The notes under the pieces are model-generated. The model did not search any database, had not been told where the DNA came from, and saw only the letters and a list, made by a program, of their open reading frames with translations. Positions 38,594 through 52,314 of a stretch of 64,000 nucleotides of DNA are shown here, piece by piece; positions within the stretch are counted from its first letter, which is position 1; every line of letters begins with the position of its first letter. Both the position numbers and the translations under genes were made by a program. This DNA comes from Moniliella sp. 'wahieum' (Eukaryota), in the NCBI GenBank assembly GCA_003971905.1, contig RSEE01000011.1:372001-436000 (forward strand). Direction: 5' to 3'.

Positions 38594-38982
38594 GACTTTT
38601 TTTTAGCATGGCTGGCTAATTTTGGCAGCAGAGGCACGCAGGCGATAGGATGCACATATGTGGGGCATGCTGACGTCATGCAAGCCATGCACAAGCCAGT
38701 TTCATATTTCACACTTGGCTGGCGCACACCTGCCTCCAAGGCGAGATGAGCGATTAAACCCAGGCAGGAGGTGGCTTATGTAACGCCTCCGGAGGTATCA
38801 GTCCAGTGGCGTCTGTTATCTGCGCAGGGGTACAGCCTGGTACGGCCTGGTACGGCGCCTGTGCATATCGGTAATCACTGCCTTGTTACCCCTCCCCCCT
38901 TTCCTCTCTGCGCTCCTCGGTCCCCCTTTTGTCTCCTCAACCACCATCCCCTGCTGTCGGCCCCACAATAAGACGCTTCCTT

Positions 38983-41390
38983 ATGCTTTCATCCTCCCCC
39001 GTACACCCAGCGCGGCTCGTTTTCTCCCCGTCTTCTCATGAAGCTGCGCCTGACGACCTGGCCGAGCCCAGCGACGTGTCGAGCCTTGGCACATCCGAAC
39101 TTGACGAGTATGACTTTCTACACGATGTCCTCCATCAGACCATGGCTGGGGATCAGAGACCCTGCTCTCTACTTTCTTGCTGCCCCTCCCAGTGTACCAT
39201 CGCCATCGCCATTACTCGCGCCTGACGTGACCGATAGTCCGTCTGTGCGCCCAGTCGACCCTCAACCGATCTTGATCTATCCTACGCTACACTTTCAGCC
39301 GCAGTATCGACATCGGTTGACGTTCTGGACCTACCTCACCATAATTCCGGATTATTACCTCATCGACATCTCCTTCTATCGAGGAGAGCTGGTATGCACC
39401 CACCTACACTGGCTTAGCCGGAACGGCTCCCACTCCAGTACAACCGTCAGCACCCCTTGACCGTTCTTGGAACTCGCGTCCCAGCAACTGTTTGACCCTC
39501 CATCTCATGAATTTTCTTTCGGCATATCCCGACCTATGTTGATGCTCATTTGCATGAGGTGCAGATTATGGTTCATATTCTGTCCGCTTCATCGTCTGCT
39601 CGGGTTGTTTGCGCCCCCGTCGTAGAGGAAATCCAAGCGTCATTGTCCGTGGCTTTCCCACTCGAAAGGTAAGGCATACCCTTCAGCCTTCCTGCAGCGA
39701 AGGCCTTCCTTTGACTCTATTTAACCCATTTCATCTTTTTTTTTGCTCGCAGGTATCTGTGAATGCTACTACGGGAGTGTCCCTTCCAAGGGAAAGCAGG
39801 ACGTTCTTTGTCATTGTGCCACACCCGGTGGCCCCCAACCTAACCGTTAATGGCCTTAACTCATTCCCCCCGGAGGCAATCGTTCTTCCTGTCGTATTGC
39901 CTGGCACTGCAAAGAATCAAGACCTCTCATTTGTAAAGTGGGAGGATCATGTTTGTTCAGGTCAGCGTGCCGTATCCGGTACAAGCTGCTGGGACGGTCT
40001 TGCCTCCTCTTTGCCTGAATGAGTTTGTCTGCGGAATTCGCCACGCTCATTGTGATCGCCGGGAGTGGGCTGGAAGGTATGTTTCTCTCAATCCGAGCGG
40101 TAAGGTAGGCTCGGTGCAGTCCAACGCTCCAGTCTCGGCAACAGCATCAACCCTTATGCATCCCCACACTCGTTGGTCACGAAGCCTCAAGTCACAAAAG
40201 ATGTGCTGCGAGAGGGCATGTGCGGTCCAACTTCACCACCACGTTTGTTGAACATGCAGCCTTTCGGCTGGATTGTCTTACTTCTTCTCCCATTGCTAGG
40301 CATCGCGATCCAGCTAAGCCCTAGTGCTTGGTCAATGATGTCGTCTTTGTCTACGGCCCAACTGAGGCATTCGAAGTGCGGAAGTGGGGCTTTCCCTCCC
40401 TTCGTGGGGTCCAAGCAGCATAGGTCACACCTACTCAGCCTGGTTCGGCATTGTGGTCCCGTGTTCATCAGACGCCTTCAAATGCCGTTTTTTCTGACGT
40501 GATCCTCTCTCGTCTCTACCAACGCTCGAGTCCCAAAGAGTCGTTTGTCATTTCTATGTCACCTAGTCCCACCCCTACAATGATGGACGACTGCGCCACC
40601 CACAACAAGGGCGGTATCTTGGCTGCCTCCTCCAAGGAGAAAACTACGGTCACACCAGAGTCAAGTTATCTTGCACCTTGTACGTTCCCCTTCCATTTGA
40701 TAAATGAAGAGGTATTAATACCAGTTTCAGGGTTGGAAGAGAACCTCGAGGAATTCTGGAGCGACCTGTTGCGATGGAATCGGGAGCTCAATGAGTTTGT
40801 GATTCAGCTTCAGGAAGAAGGTATCTTGATCCGTGACTTCGTTGCCGAATGGTTCCCTTTGCCTGGTCGGGTTCCTGGGGTGCTCACAGCGGCGGCGGGG
40901 GGATCGGCTCACAACGTCCTTTCGTCGACGGCGGAGCGAATTCGGGCTCTGTCGACTTCACTGTCCAACTCGGTCCAACGGGTGACCAAGCAATCCGCAA
41001 AGGGAGCTCATACTACCCGTTTAAAGGCACAGAGGGATGCACTGATGACAGCCCACAAGATCCACAGATTTTTGATGACAGTCTCATCACCTTGAGTCGC
41101 ACCGCGCACTATGTGCACGACCACACACGCGATATGGATGTACAAGCCCAGCATTCAGGCCGTTTTGTTGCAAAGAAGATGCACAGGTCCTTTGACCAAT
41201 TTTGGTCCTATTCCTGCCGTCATGCCTTGAACGCCTACCGTGCCGTACAGAATTTCGAGTCAGTGTCGCGGTTTACTGGCCACGAGTGCAAGAAGAGTAC
41301 GTGTTTCCCTTTTCTTCCATGCTCAAACTAATCCATTCCTTTGGTTATTGCAGCACACACTTGAGGGGATCCGTCTGCAATCGGCACCTG
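38983..41390 (+). CDS. hypothetical protein with one hydrophobic segment, frameshifted
   Basis: Chain of protein-like plus-strand ORFs (SELDEYDFLHDVL; GWIVLLLLPLLGIAIQL; LEENLEEFWSDLLRWNRELNEF) and intron-like segments ~39669-39752 and ~41298-41353. No family recognised. Confidence 0.45.
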
Positions 41391-41600
41391 ACATCTACGT
41401 ATCTGAGGACCGTTAGTCGGTCCAGCTTTTTGATTTGACGCTTCCGTTTTGATCGCCTGTACTATACTCTACTATGTTTTTAGCTCGAAAACTGTAAGCC
41501 TATTATCCGTAGTTCCGTGAGGTGTATTTGTGGCAAACACGATAGAACAGGACATGGAAAATGCATATACAACAGAGCCTTCGCGTGAGGTGGGGCGAGG

Positions 41601-44600
41601 CTAAGACGACGTTTTTACCGTGGCAGACTGAGAATGAGAATGGTTGGAACGGACGACGGGCCGCATCTGCAAAGAAACCGTCTGAATCATCGTCAGAGTT
41701 GGAAGGCGTCCTGTGGGAGGAACACGACTCCACAAGCCGGCCTTGGGCTTGGAATCGGACCCGATCATCCCATCGTCGTCAGGAAGCGGGTTGTCCTTGT
41801 GAGCTGGGCCAGTGCGCATGTGTGCTTCATACAAGGGCCGCAGCAGCCCAATTTGTTCCTCGGCGCCCTCTCGCCCAAGAGGGACATACGGAGGAGGAGG
41901 AGTAAAGTCCGCTCCATCCACAGCAGATGATGCAGCACCCTCATCCCCCACAGAAGCGGGGTGCTTGCCTCCGCACTCCTTGGAGTAAGTGCAGCGGCAC
42001 CGAGAGCGAGCCCACATCAATTCCCAGCTCGCGGAACCCGAAAAAGTCAATCCCGGTTTGATCTGCAAAGCCGCCGGCAGCAAGCGCCGTTGAGCTTGGG
42101 TCGGCATAAAGTCGTTCGTGAGCATCGGCTAACCGAGAATTAGAAACGCTGACTTGTCCCTCCCATGCGTGGTTGAGACGACGAAGGAGGTCGCTATACC
42201 GGGCCCTTTGGCGTTCCACCCCTTTGACATAAGCCAAGAGCGATTCGAACGTCTGCCCGCCTACCTCCTGCAGGGCATGGCTCACCATCTCGTCGGGGGG
42301 CATAGCGTGTGCAGGGCGGAGAGATTGTTCATCCCTTCAGAGCCATCGGAACGGCCAAAGGGGAATTCCTTGTCTTGCGGCAGGGACAAAGCAGCTGGCA
42401 ACATCTCCCCGCTTGGATTCGCTTCTCGATCAGCATATGCACGCAATGTCCTGCCTACAGCAGTGATCATTTCAGCCCCCAGGTCGGCAAGCACGCTAAG
42501 AGGAGCACGGTGTGCAGCATCCACCCCATGCACACTTGCCAACTGGGCAGCCATGAGCCATGACGTGCGTAGCCCCGGCAGGAGTCACGCGCGATAAAGG
42601 TGCCATTGGCTGCTCACCCTCATCTTGCCCGGCCTTGGGTGCGGCTGAATGTGAAGTGATCATACCAAAGCCCAAAGCGAAATTACGCTCTGGGTTTGGA
42701 ACGGGATCTCTTCGCCTGCTTTGGTCCGGGCCATCTTCCCCCTCTTCCCCCTCTTTCTCGTCTTCCTCCTCTTCGCCCTCGGCGTTCAAGGCCCAGGTTG
42801 GAATTGGATCGTTGGATCCATTGGCCTGTACCAATGCACCCAGTTTGGCATTCACTGACCGAACCTTAGCCAACGTAGCGATGGACTGAGGGATTCGGTT
42901 GCGGTATCGCTTGCGGGGTGGGGGGTGACTTGCATCCTCCTGAGATGACGCAGGGCCCTCTTCCACAGGAGCATCAAGACGCTTTTTCTTAGCGCGTTGG
43001 AAACGATGGGCCAAATGAGCCTGACGAGCGGTGGCCTCCTCATCTGTCAAATGCCGACTTGGTGTAGTGAAGCAGGGATCCCGTTTCCCGCCAACGAGGT
43101 GGACGGCATAGCGTCCCACCACGACCCAAGAGGAGAAGGGAAGTGTGTCACTGCTTCCGCGGCCGTGGACGCACCCGACTGTTCAGATGAGGATGAAGGG
43201 AGGTTTGGGTCGTCCAGTGGGTCCGAAGGACGTGCGGCTATCGAAGATGACCCCGCTTTCTTTGGATAGGCCGTCAACGATGAATGGAGGGGACCAAGCA
43301 TACGGAAGTCACGAATTGCCGCATCAAAAGCGAAATGATCCAAAGGGGCAGTTGGGGGATGTCGGTGCCCCTCGTGTGGCGAAAAGTGGCGGGCAGGAGA
43401 AGAAGCTTCTTTCGCAGGGGATTGGCGCGGAGAAACGCGGGGCAGACGGACTAGATGGATGTAACGACGGCTGGGGAGATAAGAACGAGATGAACTTTGC
43501 AGAGACAATGACCTGTCCAGCAAAGAAAACGTGCTCATGTCCTGGACTGAGCGGAGAAGAGCAGGGCGATCACCGAAAGGGCGGATAATGCAGGAAACGG
43601 AGCACGTAGGGTCGTTCCAGATGTATCGGAAGAATCGCCCACTGCAGTAGTCGAATCACCTGTTCTGCCCGCATCCAAGTCAGGTGAGGGTTGGGCACCG
43701 GCGACAGCCCCCGCAGAACCCGGGCCCGCCAACGCGGGCGGAGTCTGGTCTTGCCAGGTCGCTGCAATCGTCTCGAATTGGCGCAGAGCTTCCTGTGGCT
43801 CGGACTTATCGTGGACAAAACTGAGAAGGTGGGCGGCCTTCTTGCGCATAAAGTACACACTGCGGCGAGTGGGTGGGCGGGGTTGGTATTATATATGAGG
43901 CAGTTGTTCCAGATGAGGTCCAGATCATGCGCAAACTGCTTCTTGTTCTTGTACTGGCCTTGGCGCACCTTCTTCTGCATGGTGCCAATATCCATGGGCT
44001 GCTTGATCACGTCGTAGTAGTCCGGTGCTTCGCGCTTGCTGACACGGTTGAGGAAGGCGGCCGAATGCTCCGAGTAGGCGCGCAACTCAGCCAGGACGCG
44101 TTCGATGGACTCGAGAAACTCCTCTCGTTGGTCACGGGCCTTGTGGGTATCGGAAATCAGTGTCCAAAGATCGCGGTCGGCGACGGGGACGTCGGCGCGG
44201 TGCGCCTGGATCGCCTGGAGATACTTCATGGCGGCGATCACGATCACAGCACGGCGGTGGAGTGCAATCGATCAGACGCGATCGAGATATTCGACCGACT
44301 AGCCGAAATCGCAAGGTAGGTGGTGCAGTCCATTCCGCCCGCGGAAAGAAAGCGCGATGCGTTCGGTGCAACACGGGCACCCTGGCGGCGGTGCTGCGAC
44401 GCCGAGGCTGAGCTCAGTCAGCGCAGCGGCGCTGCAGGGGGTTACGCGCCCGCGGGGCCCGGGATGGGCGCGCTGGGTACCGCGCCCAGCGTGCGCCCCC
44501 ATGTCAGCGCGCGCGTCGGCCCTGCGTCCGTCTCTGTTCCCACCACCATCTCCTCTGCCATGGGCATCTTCAAGAAAAAAAGGACCGCGCCGACTGCGGA

Positions 44601-44776
44601 CCCGGAGGGGCGTCCCCCTCATCTACCCCCCAGTCACCCACGCCTGCCGGGCCCCCCTCGTCCGACAAGGCCAGCACCACGGGGAATGGAGCAACCAGCT
44701 CCACTGGCACATCTCGTGCGCGTAACCCCCGGGCAGCGGCTATGGTGGGCGCAGTGCCGCTTCTGAAAATTCTCAT
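41601..44776 (-). CDS. SPT7: SAGA complex subunit Spt7 (bromodomain plus histone-fold region), frameshifted
   Basis: Bromodomain HSAAFLNRVSKREAPDYYDVIKQPMDIGTMQKKV...DLDLIWNNCLIYN; C-terminal LAAGGFADQTGIDFFGFRELGID and EQIGLLRPLY...VPPTG typical of fungal Spt7. Confidence 0.88.
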
Positions 44777-44864
44777 ACGGGCGGAGGAAAGGCAAGTGGT
44801 GGCCACGCCAAAAAAAGGAACGTGTCAATGCGCGCTCGAACTGGGCGCGGACGTGTCACGCACC

Positions 44865-45858
44865 ATGGTCCATGTCGGCGGCTTGCCAGTCAACGTGTTT
44901 GGGTGGGACGAGTTGACACCCATAACTTCACGCACTTCTGCGGCGCCTACTCCCAAGGTGACAGTTGTAATCCACATGCACGGGCGCACCGGCTCAGCCG
45001 CTAAGGCCGAAGGGATGGTGCGACAACTGTACGATCGTGTACGCAAGTCTAAAGCTGCCTCTCAGGGGCAGACTGGCCAACAAAATGACTTTTTGGTCTG
45101 TTCTTTTGACCAGCGCAACCATGGGCATCGCAAAACGTCTGAAATCGCTCAAAAAGCGTGGAAAGAGGGTAACAAATCCCATGCGGTTGACCTCTACGCC
45201 ATGTACGACGGCACGGCACGAGACGTGTCTTATCTTCTCGACTACCTCCCTGCGTATCTCTTTCCTCATGATGAAAGGCAGATTACCTCTTGGGCCGTGA
45301 CGGGCCAAAGTCTGGGTGGGCACGCTGCCTGGCACGTGCTGCAGAACGAGCCGAGGGTAAGTATTGGGGTACCCATGATTGGCATGCCAGATGTGAGCAA
45401 ACTCCTTGCACGCCGCACCGCCAGTAATTTTATCCCCAATGCCCCCCCCGCTGTGCCGGGGTCATTGCGCTCCTTGATTGCCCGGACCGACCCGGCGGCG
45501 GTGGCTGCTGCCAATGCTGCTGCGGCTGCAGGGGCCGGGGGACAAGTGCAGCCCCCAAATCCTTTCTGGGGCAAAAAGATTCTCGTACTGGCCGGACAGG
45601 ACGACCGTTTAGTGCGGTGGGACTATTCGTCCGAGTTTGTGGATGCGCTGGTAGTCGACAACTATGGGTCTTTTGCCCGTCCCAATCCTTCTTATCCCCG
45701 TCCTCCACCAGGACAGGGGCCCCAGCCTGGCATGCCCCGACCCGGCCTCGACGTGGTCATTCAGCCTGGTGTGGGTCACGCTGTTACGCGCCGCCATGGT
45801 GGATCGGGCGGCAGAGTGGATCTGGTACTGGGGGCTTCTTTCTCACGAGATCGCCTGA
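44865..45858 (+). CDS. alpha/beta-fold hydrolase
   Basis: MVHVGGLPVNVFG, HMHGRTG, FDQRNHGHR, nucleophile elbow GQSLGGH, LAGQDDRLV (Asp), GVGHAVT (His); frameshift near the C-terminus continues AMVDRAAEWIW. Confidence 0.88.
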
Positions 45859-46610
45859 GTGTGTGTCATTTATACTCCAGTCCCCCGTTGATGAGTTTCC
45901 TGCCTTCGTTTCCACTCTTTTCACTGCGTTCCCGCCTGTGTCCTTGTTGACTATTATCTTTTCGCCTGGGATGAGACACATCGCTATCCTGCGATCGCAA
46001 CCAATCCTATCGGTAGGTACCAACCAGGTCGACGACATCCTGCTCCCCTACTCGCATTTTTTGCCGGACCTCAAGTACTTCCCCCCCTGTAGCTACAAAG
46101 GATATCCATTACCTCGGGTTCTTCGAGCGGTGGCAATTGGTGTTAGTGAATGCTACGAGGCCTCGGGACTCACTGTGGACTCGATCGCAAGCCAGCCTGA
46201 ACACCAAAGTTTCCCCAATTAATTTGTTGCGTGAAAAGTGTCGTAGGAGTAAGGATATGATGCTGCCGCTTGCGATGAACTTCTTCCTCAGGTCTCGTGC
46301 TTAGGTCTCTTCAGCCTGAGGCATTTTTCGTTACCGCGGAAGCAGCGCGTTCGATATACGTATGCTGCCGAAGAACTCGAGCCAGGTAAGGCAACTGAAA
46401 GCATGCTAAGGGAGTGGTTTAAGCTCCCTGGAAACATCAAGTAGGATGGTAACGACAACAACTGTAGTTCTTACTATGATGTAAAGTACAGCGCTAATGC
46501 TCGGCACTCAGGCCAAGTCGAAGTTGAAGTCCGCAAATGGGAACATGCAATTTCACGATGCGAAAAGGTTGGCAATAGCCCATCCGCAGTGGACCGAGCA
46601 GGCATCAAGT

Positions 46611-47109
46611 TTAACGGCTCCTGTGAAGGTGAGCAATGGTCAGTATCAGTCCGGGCAGAGAGGAAAGACTGCAAAACATACTTGAAGTACTCGGTGAGGA
46701 CGTTCAGGCCCTCCGACGGCTCGCCGAAGTCGCGCACGACAACACAGCAGCCAACAACCTTACGAGGGTTACCCTCACGGTCGATCTTGGCGAGACCAGC
46801 CCAGGTGCCGAGGGTCTTGGCGTCCGAGACCTTCAAGAGGTCAATCTTGTGGTCGTTGCAGAGAGCCTCAATGAGCTTGATGTACTCGCCCTCAGTGTTG
46901 GTCTCAACCAGCACACACAGCTGGGCGTTGCCACGGTCGAGGGCATGAGCACACTCGCGCAGGCCACGGGCCAGGCTGTCGTGGATGAGAGCCTTCTTGA
47001 GCACCTCCTGGAGAGCCTCCTCGATGGTCAGGCCCGTCTTGACGGGCGCAGTCTCCTCGACGGCAACCTCCTCGACAACGTCGATCTGCTGTTCCTCAAT
47101 GTCGGACAT
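46611..47109 (-). CDS. RPS12: 40S ribosomal protein S12 (eS12)
   Basis: [50 protein letters not shown]; intron 46621-46681, last exon gives KSR*; probable 5'UTR intron 47130-47205. Confidence 0.97.
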
Positions 47110-47541
47110 TTTGAGTGGATGAAAGTAAGCTGCGTCGTCCAAGGGAGATGAGTCCTTGTCAGTCAGCGACGAATGGTGGGTGGGACCCAGAAGCGGGTTG
47201 CTCACCTGTTGTTCTCGTAGAAGCGGCCGGCCACCAGAGCTGCAACTCAGGCGTGTTGCCGCAAACCAATGCAGCAGCAGGGCGCCAGTGTCCACCCTTC
47301 TCATTTCAAACTTGCACTTTCGAGCAACCCTGATGCATGTGGCGCAATTAAATAATTTAAAGGATGGGGATAACTGGCGCTGTGCCTCCCGCATCCTGAT
47401 TCGGCACATGGCCAGTGCTGCGCATTTGCCTCTCGCATGGGCCCACTGTTGCTTCTGTAGCCCACGCCAGGTGCCCAGCTGGCCGCGGCGCTTCCGGCTC
47501 GAGCTGCGCTCACCACCTGACTCTCCCGTACCGACTCCAAG

Positions 47542-48030
47542 ATGTCCAACGTTGAGCTTGGTGTGCAGCACGAGCGCGCCTTCCAGAAGCAGCCTCTCTT
47601 CCAGAACGCCAAGGTGGCTGCTGGCAAGAAGGTCAACAACAAGACCAAGCGCTGGCACAAGGACATTGGTCTGGGCTTCAAGACCCCGGCTGCTGCGATT
47701 GGCGGCACCTACATTGACAAGAAGTGCCCCTGGACTGGCCTTGTTTCGATCCGCGGCCGTATCCTTACTGGCCGTGTCGTCTCCACGAAGATGACCCGCA
47801 CCATCATCATTCGCCGGGAGTACCTGCACTTTGTGCCCAAGTACAACCGTTACGAGAAGCGCCACAAGAACCTCGCGGCCCACTGCTCGCCCGCTTTCCG
47901 TGTCGACGTCGGTGATGAGGTCACTGTTGGTCAGTGCCGCCCTCTGTCCAAGACGGTGCGCTTCAACGTTCTTAAGGTGACCAAGAACAAGGCTCTTGAG
48001 AAGGCCGCCAAGCAGTTCGGTCGTTTCTAA
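47542..48030 (+). CDS. RPS11: 40S ribosomal protein S11 (uS17)
   Basis: Intact 162-aa [58 protein letters not shown]. Confidence 0.98.
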   Translation: MSNVELGVQHERAFQKQPLFQNAKVAAGKKVNNKTKRWHKDIGLGFKTPAAAIGGTYIDKKCPWTGLVSIRGRILTGRVVSTKMTRTIIIRREYLHFVPKYNRYEKRHKNLAAHCSPAFRVDVGDEVTVGQCRPLSKTVRFNVLKVTKNKALEKAAKQFGRF

Positions 48031-49155
48031 GCGCCTGTTACTGTCCTCTAAGACCATAGGTCTAGCGGGCTTATGCATTTGACGGCCCCTTTCAGACTAA
48101 GAACGGGCGTCTTGGCTTTGCTTCTTCCTATGTCTCTGCTCTCTTTTATGGGCATCTCATCCAAAAATCTCGGTCCGCTTGCGCCGTTCCATGCCTATGC
48201 ACCTCATTGTTCGTGCACCTGTGAGAATCGTAGGCAGCCTTCGTTTTCTGTACACCCAACCAGTGTACCACTCCGACGAATTGGGCTTGTGACAGGGCAA
48301 TAGGAAGTCGCCAGGGTGATGGGAGGTCAAGCTAGTTGAGAATATTACGAGGTGCTTGAATGGACTTGGGGAGAGCCACCTGCATGGCTGATAATTGCGG
48401 TAACCGCCAAGTACTGTGGACCCAGCCATGTGCCGCACTGTTCGTCTTGACTGGATTGACTGTTACTGTGCAACATTGATCTCCCATCAGCGCCTCTGCA
48501 GCGGATGAGCAACAACTGCGCGGGCGTGGCGAAGGCCTGTTGGGCATCTCTCTAGCACCTATTTGACTCCGGTACAGGGGAAGGGGTTGATAGCGCCCGT
48601 ATCCTCCCTTAGGCCTTAGACCTTACTGTAACTGTACAACTGTGGTTGACCGGTCTTTACCAAGGCCAATCCCCCATCTCTCGGGATGCCCATTATCAAC
48701 ATTTCGACACATACAGAGAATGGCTCGTCATGACACCGCCATGGCGACAGCAGGGCCACACCAGTCCCCCTCTCCAGAGGCCGTCCACATGGTCTGAGGT
48801 GAGAACTACGATGCACACGATGCATGATGATGATGATGAGTTCACCATATGTTCACGCGCCAAGCTTCAGAAAACATACTTAGGCTTTTCTCCGACACAA
48901 GATCTCATCGCCGCATATGATTCATGTGCTGCATGACGCATGACGCCATGACGTTGAGCACTGGACGATCCGCAGTTGTTACCAACTCATCTTGCCTCTC
49001 CGGTCCATGCAGTCTTTTGCTCCCTCCCACTACTCCCTTTGCAGCACAGAGGGTGTCAGCCAGTCTACTCCTCGATTGACGCTCTCATTCCTCCTTCTTT
49101 CCACCGACGTTCTTCGCGTTGTCCTCTTGACGCTTGTCGGCTCGCTCTCCACACC

Positions 49156-49388
49156 ATGCCAGCCCCTGAACAGCCTGACCACACCAAGTGCCCGAGAAGC
49201 ACGTCGATATGGATCGGATCCACCATGAGATTGCCCATCTCAAGAGCAAGTACCACCAGAACGCGGAACACTACAAGCGCAATACAGGGAAGCAGCTGGG
49301 TCAGTCTGCCGCGTCCGGGGAGGACAAAGGGGTTGGTTTGGACAAGTCCACTGCCTCTGAAGGCATGCCAACCACCAAAGACACTTGA
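49156..49388 (+). CDS. small hydrophilic hypothetical protein (~77 aa, one frameshift)
   Basis: CACCATG after a pyrimidine-rich leader; MPAPEQPDHTK.PEKHVDMDRIHHEIAHLKSKYHQNAEHYKRNTG...TKDT*. Confidence 0.4.
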
Positions 49389-49796
49389 TCCTTGGGCTTG
49401 AGAGTGCTTCTCTCCTCAATCTTTTCTTTGTTATACGCAGCCAAGTGTATTCATCGCCTGGGAAGTATAAGCGGAAGGCAACTCGGGCTGGGGCGCCACG
49501 CACCTCCCCATCTCCCCATGAACAACATGACAGTCCCCCAGCCTCTTGTTCTCGCCATTGCAAAACCTATCCCATCATAGAGCCAAGTATGCAAGGCAGC
49601 GACAAGTTGATCGCATTTGCATATACCGGGGACGAGAGTGTGCTTATGGGGGGCATAAGAGCTGGCTCACTCCTATCGTGGGCACGAATGGGAAGCTGAA
49701 ACCAAATTCGATACTTTTAAGACACAAGTAGGATAGAACAACCAAAACCACACGCCACATGTCGGACCTACCGGGAAGAGAGGTGGTCAAAACGGT

Positions 49797-51261
49797 TTAC
49801 TGAGCCGAAACGAGAGCCGTAACGGTCTCCTCCGCTTTAGGTGCCGTCAATTTTTTCTTTGCTTTGCGGGAAGACGGCTTCAGTAGCATGGTTCTCAAAG
49901 TCTTTCGACTGCACGTCAAACGAGATACCAGGCGGCAACCCGGCCGCTTGCAGCTTCTGGATCTCCGGGTTGTTCGCCGCCATCGCGGCTGCTGCTGACA
50001 AGCCAGCTTCGTACGCCTTGGTCGCAGCCAGGGCCGGCTCCAGTCCACGAGCCATGGACTCGTCGTAGGTCTTGCGTGATTCGTCATACCGCACCTTGTC
50101 CTGCTCGGCCTTCATGACGAAAGGCTGCTTCTCTAGTTCGGGAAGCTCGCGCCATTTGAGAGCAGCGAGAACACTCTGTTTTGTCATTTCTTCCGCCTCG
50201 CCAAAGACAGATTTCTTCATTTCAGGCGAGGCTCGAATGGCGCGCAAGAACAAGAAGTAGGCCGACATTGGTTTTGGGGGCGTGGGGATCTTTGAGGTTA
50301 GACTTGCGACTCTTTCCCGCCTTACGTTGCTGAGTGCGGTACGCGTTCTCTAGCTTAATGTCTTCGGGCGAAAGCGACTCCTTCCAACTGCGCATGTCTT
50401 GCTCCCATTGCTCCTTGAGACGCAGACTCTCTTTTGATACTTCTCCTTTTCGGCAGCGGGTAACGCGTTGTACTTCTCCCCAGCAGCCTTAGAGGCGTGG
50501 GCCACATTCAATCGTTGTCCCGGATTGGCTTGACGAATCGTAGCCAACTCTTGGCTAAAGAAGATCTGCCAGGCCGAGGGGCTTGCTTGGGTTGCTTGAG
50601 ACGGGCGCGCAGTACCTTCTTGGGAACCTCGGCAGGCTTCTGGAAGATCAGAAATAGTAGTTATGGTGTGGTCCAACCAAAACGGATACGAGAAGCCGAA
50701 GCACACCTCGGCCTTTGGCTTGGTCCCTTTGCCTGCAACCTGAGCCGGGGCGACAAGGTCGGTGTAGGAGGCGGTGTTGTTCTGAACAGCGCCTTGCACA
50801 TTATTGGCAAAGTAATGCGCTTGATAGGGCATACTGCATGTTGGCAGCTGCCGCAGCAGCTTGGGCTGCTCTGCTGAATTCTCGCCTTGGGCCACATTGA
50901 CGTCGCCACCCATCACGGCAGGATTGACCATGGAGGTCTGGAAGCCGCCGTAGACGCTGGGATTGTACGCGTACCCATACCCCGGGGGCAAGTTGTAACC
51001 ATAAGCGGGGTGATGGCCTGTATCAGAAGGAATGATGGAAGCAACGAGGAAAGAGAGGTAGGGTCAGGCAAACGAGGATGCAAGACGCGTGTCATATCCG
51101 CCCTTCCGACGCGTAGTGGCGGAGAGGGAAGGCAGAGATGAGGACGTACTGGTGGGGGCGTAGGCTTGCTCCGAACCCGGAGGCAACTGATGGGCTGATG
51201 GGTGGGAGCCAAACTGGCTGGCATGCATGTACGCGGCGTGGGCGCCCGTCTGATCCTCCAT
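49797..51261 (-). CDS. protein with two HMG boxes, frameshifted
   Basis: Box 1 PSAWQIFFSQEL...AGEKYNALPAAEKEKY; box 2 PPKPMSAYFLFL...KWRELPELEKQPFVMKAEQDKVRY. Confidence 0.88.
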
Positions 51262-52314
51262 CGTGTCGGGTAGAAGCAGGTGGTGGATGAGAACCGAAGC
51301 GAGGAGCTAGCTGCCTTGCTATTCGTCCGCCTCGATTCGACGCGAGCGCCCAACGAGCCACATGTCATGCCCGTCGCGAAACTGCCCGCCAGGACGCCAG
51401 TGTAACGGAGCTGCCGCCTACGCCAGTGCAAAAGCTCCACTGCCCTTGTCCCTGATGCGGATGTGTGCCCCTGTGCCTGAGCTTGAAGCTTGAAGAAAAA
51501 TAACGTGACATGCGTGACACGGGAGTGACGCGTGACGCCACGTTCGAGTGTCTTAGCATAGGCGCGTGCTGCGAGAAAATGTAATTTCAGCCATGGTTCC
51601 TGCCGTCGAGCTCGCCGAGCTCGCCGAGCTTTGCGCCGCCTGGGCTGAACGAAGCGAAGCTGGAAACGGGACGCCGCTCGCAGGCAGACTCCTCAGCCCC
51701 CCCGCCTCAGGCTGCATCCGTGCTCGCTCGCGCTCAGCGCTCACTACGCTCACTCCCGCCTCATCGAATTGGGATACGGGCGAATGAAGGGCCACCAGGA
51801 GAGCCCCCGTGGCGACGACAACGGACTAGATCACATGTAGTTTTCTGCTACACGCGAGGCATGAGCGAATCTGATTGCCATAGCACTGCTGCGATTGCTG
51901 GCTGACAAAGGCTTAAGAAGGATGGCGCTCTTGGATGGGATGGGGAGAATGCAGGTGCGGGTGGGTAGCTGAGAGAGAATCGGATGCAGTTTCTTGTTAC
52001 ACTTAATAGTTGGTATCTTGCAAAGCTCCGGACATGGCCCTATCTTTGACCCGTTCCAAGTCGGGAGGAGAGACACGACGAATGGGCTTTGAGAAAACGT
52101 GTGTCACGTTAGCATACCGACATACCAACTTATCGACGTGTCCCGCCCCAGAAATCGGTTCTGGAAGTAGCCTTGCCCATCGTCGCAGGCTGCATTACGC
52201 AACAGCCACATCGCTGAGGCTCAACGGTCAACTGAACGGTCAACGGTCTCAACGGTACTAGCAAGTGACAGTCATCACCAACGTAGCAGGGTAGGGTGAC
52301 ATTGGAGTTACCCA

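Noticed and set aside
46474..48078. 534-aa minus-strand ORF suggesting an RPS12 fusion protein
   Set aside because: Its first ~320 codons are the antisense of RPS11 plus the promoter; the real RPS12 starts at 47109.
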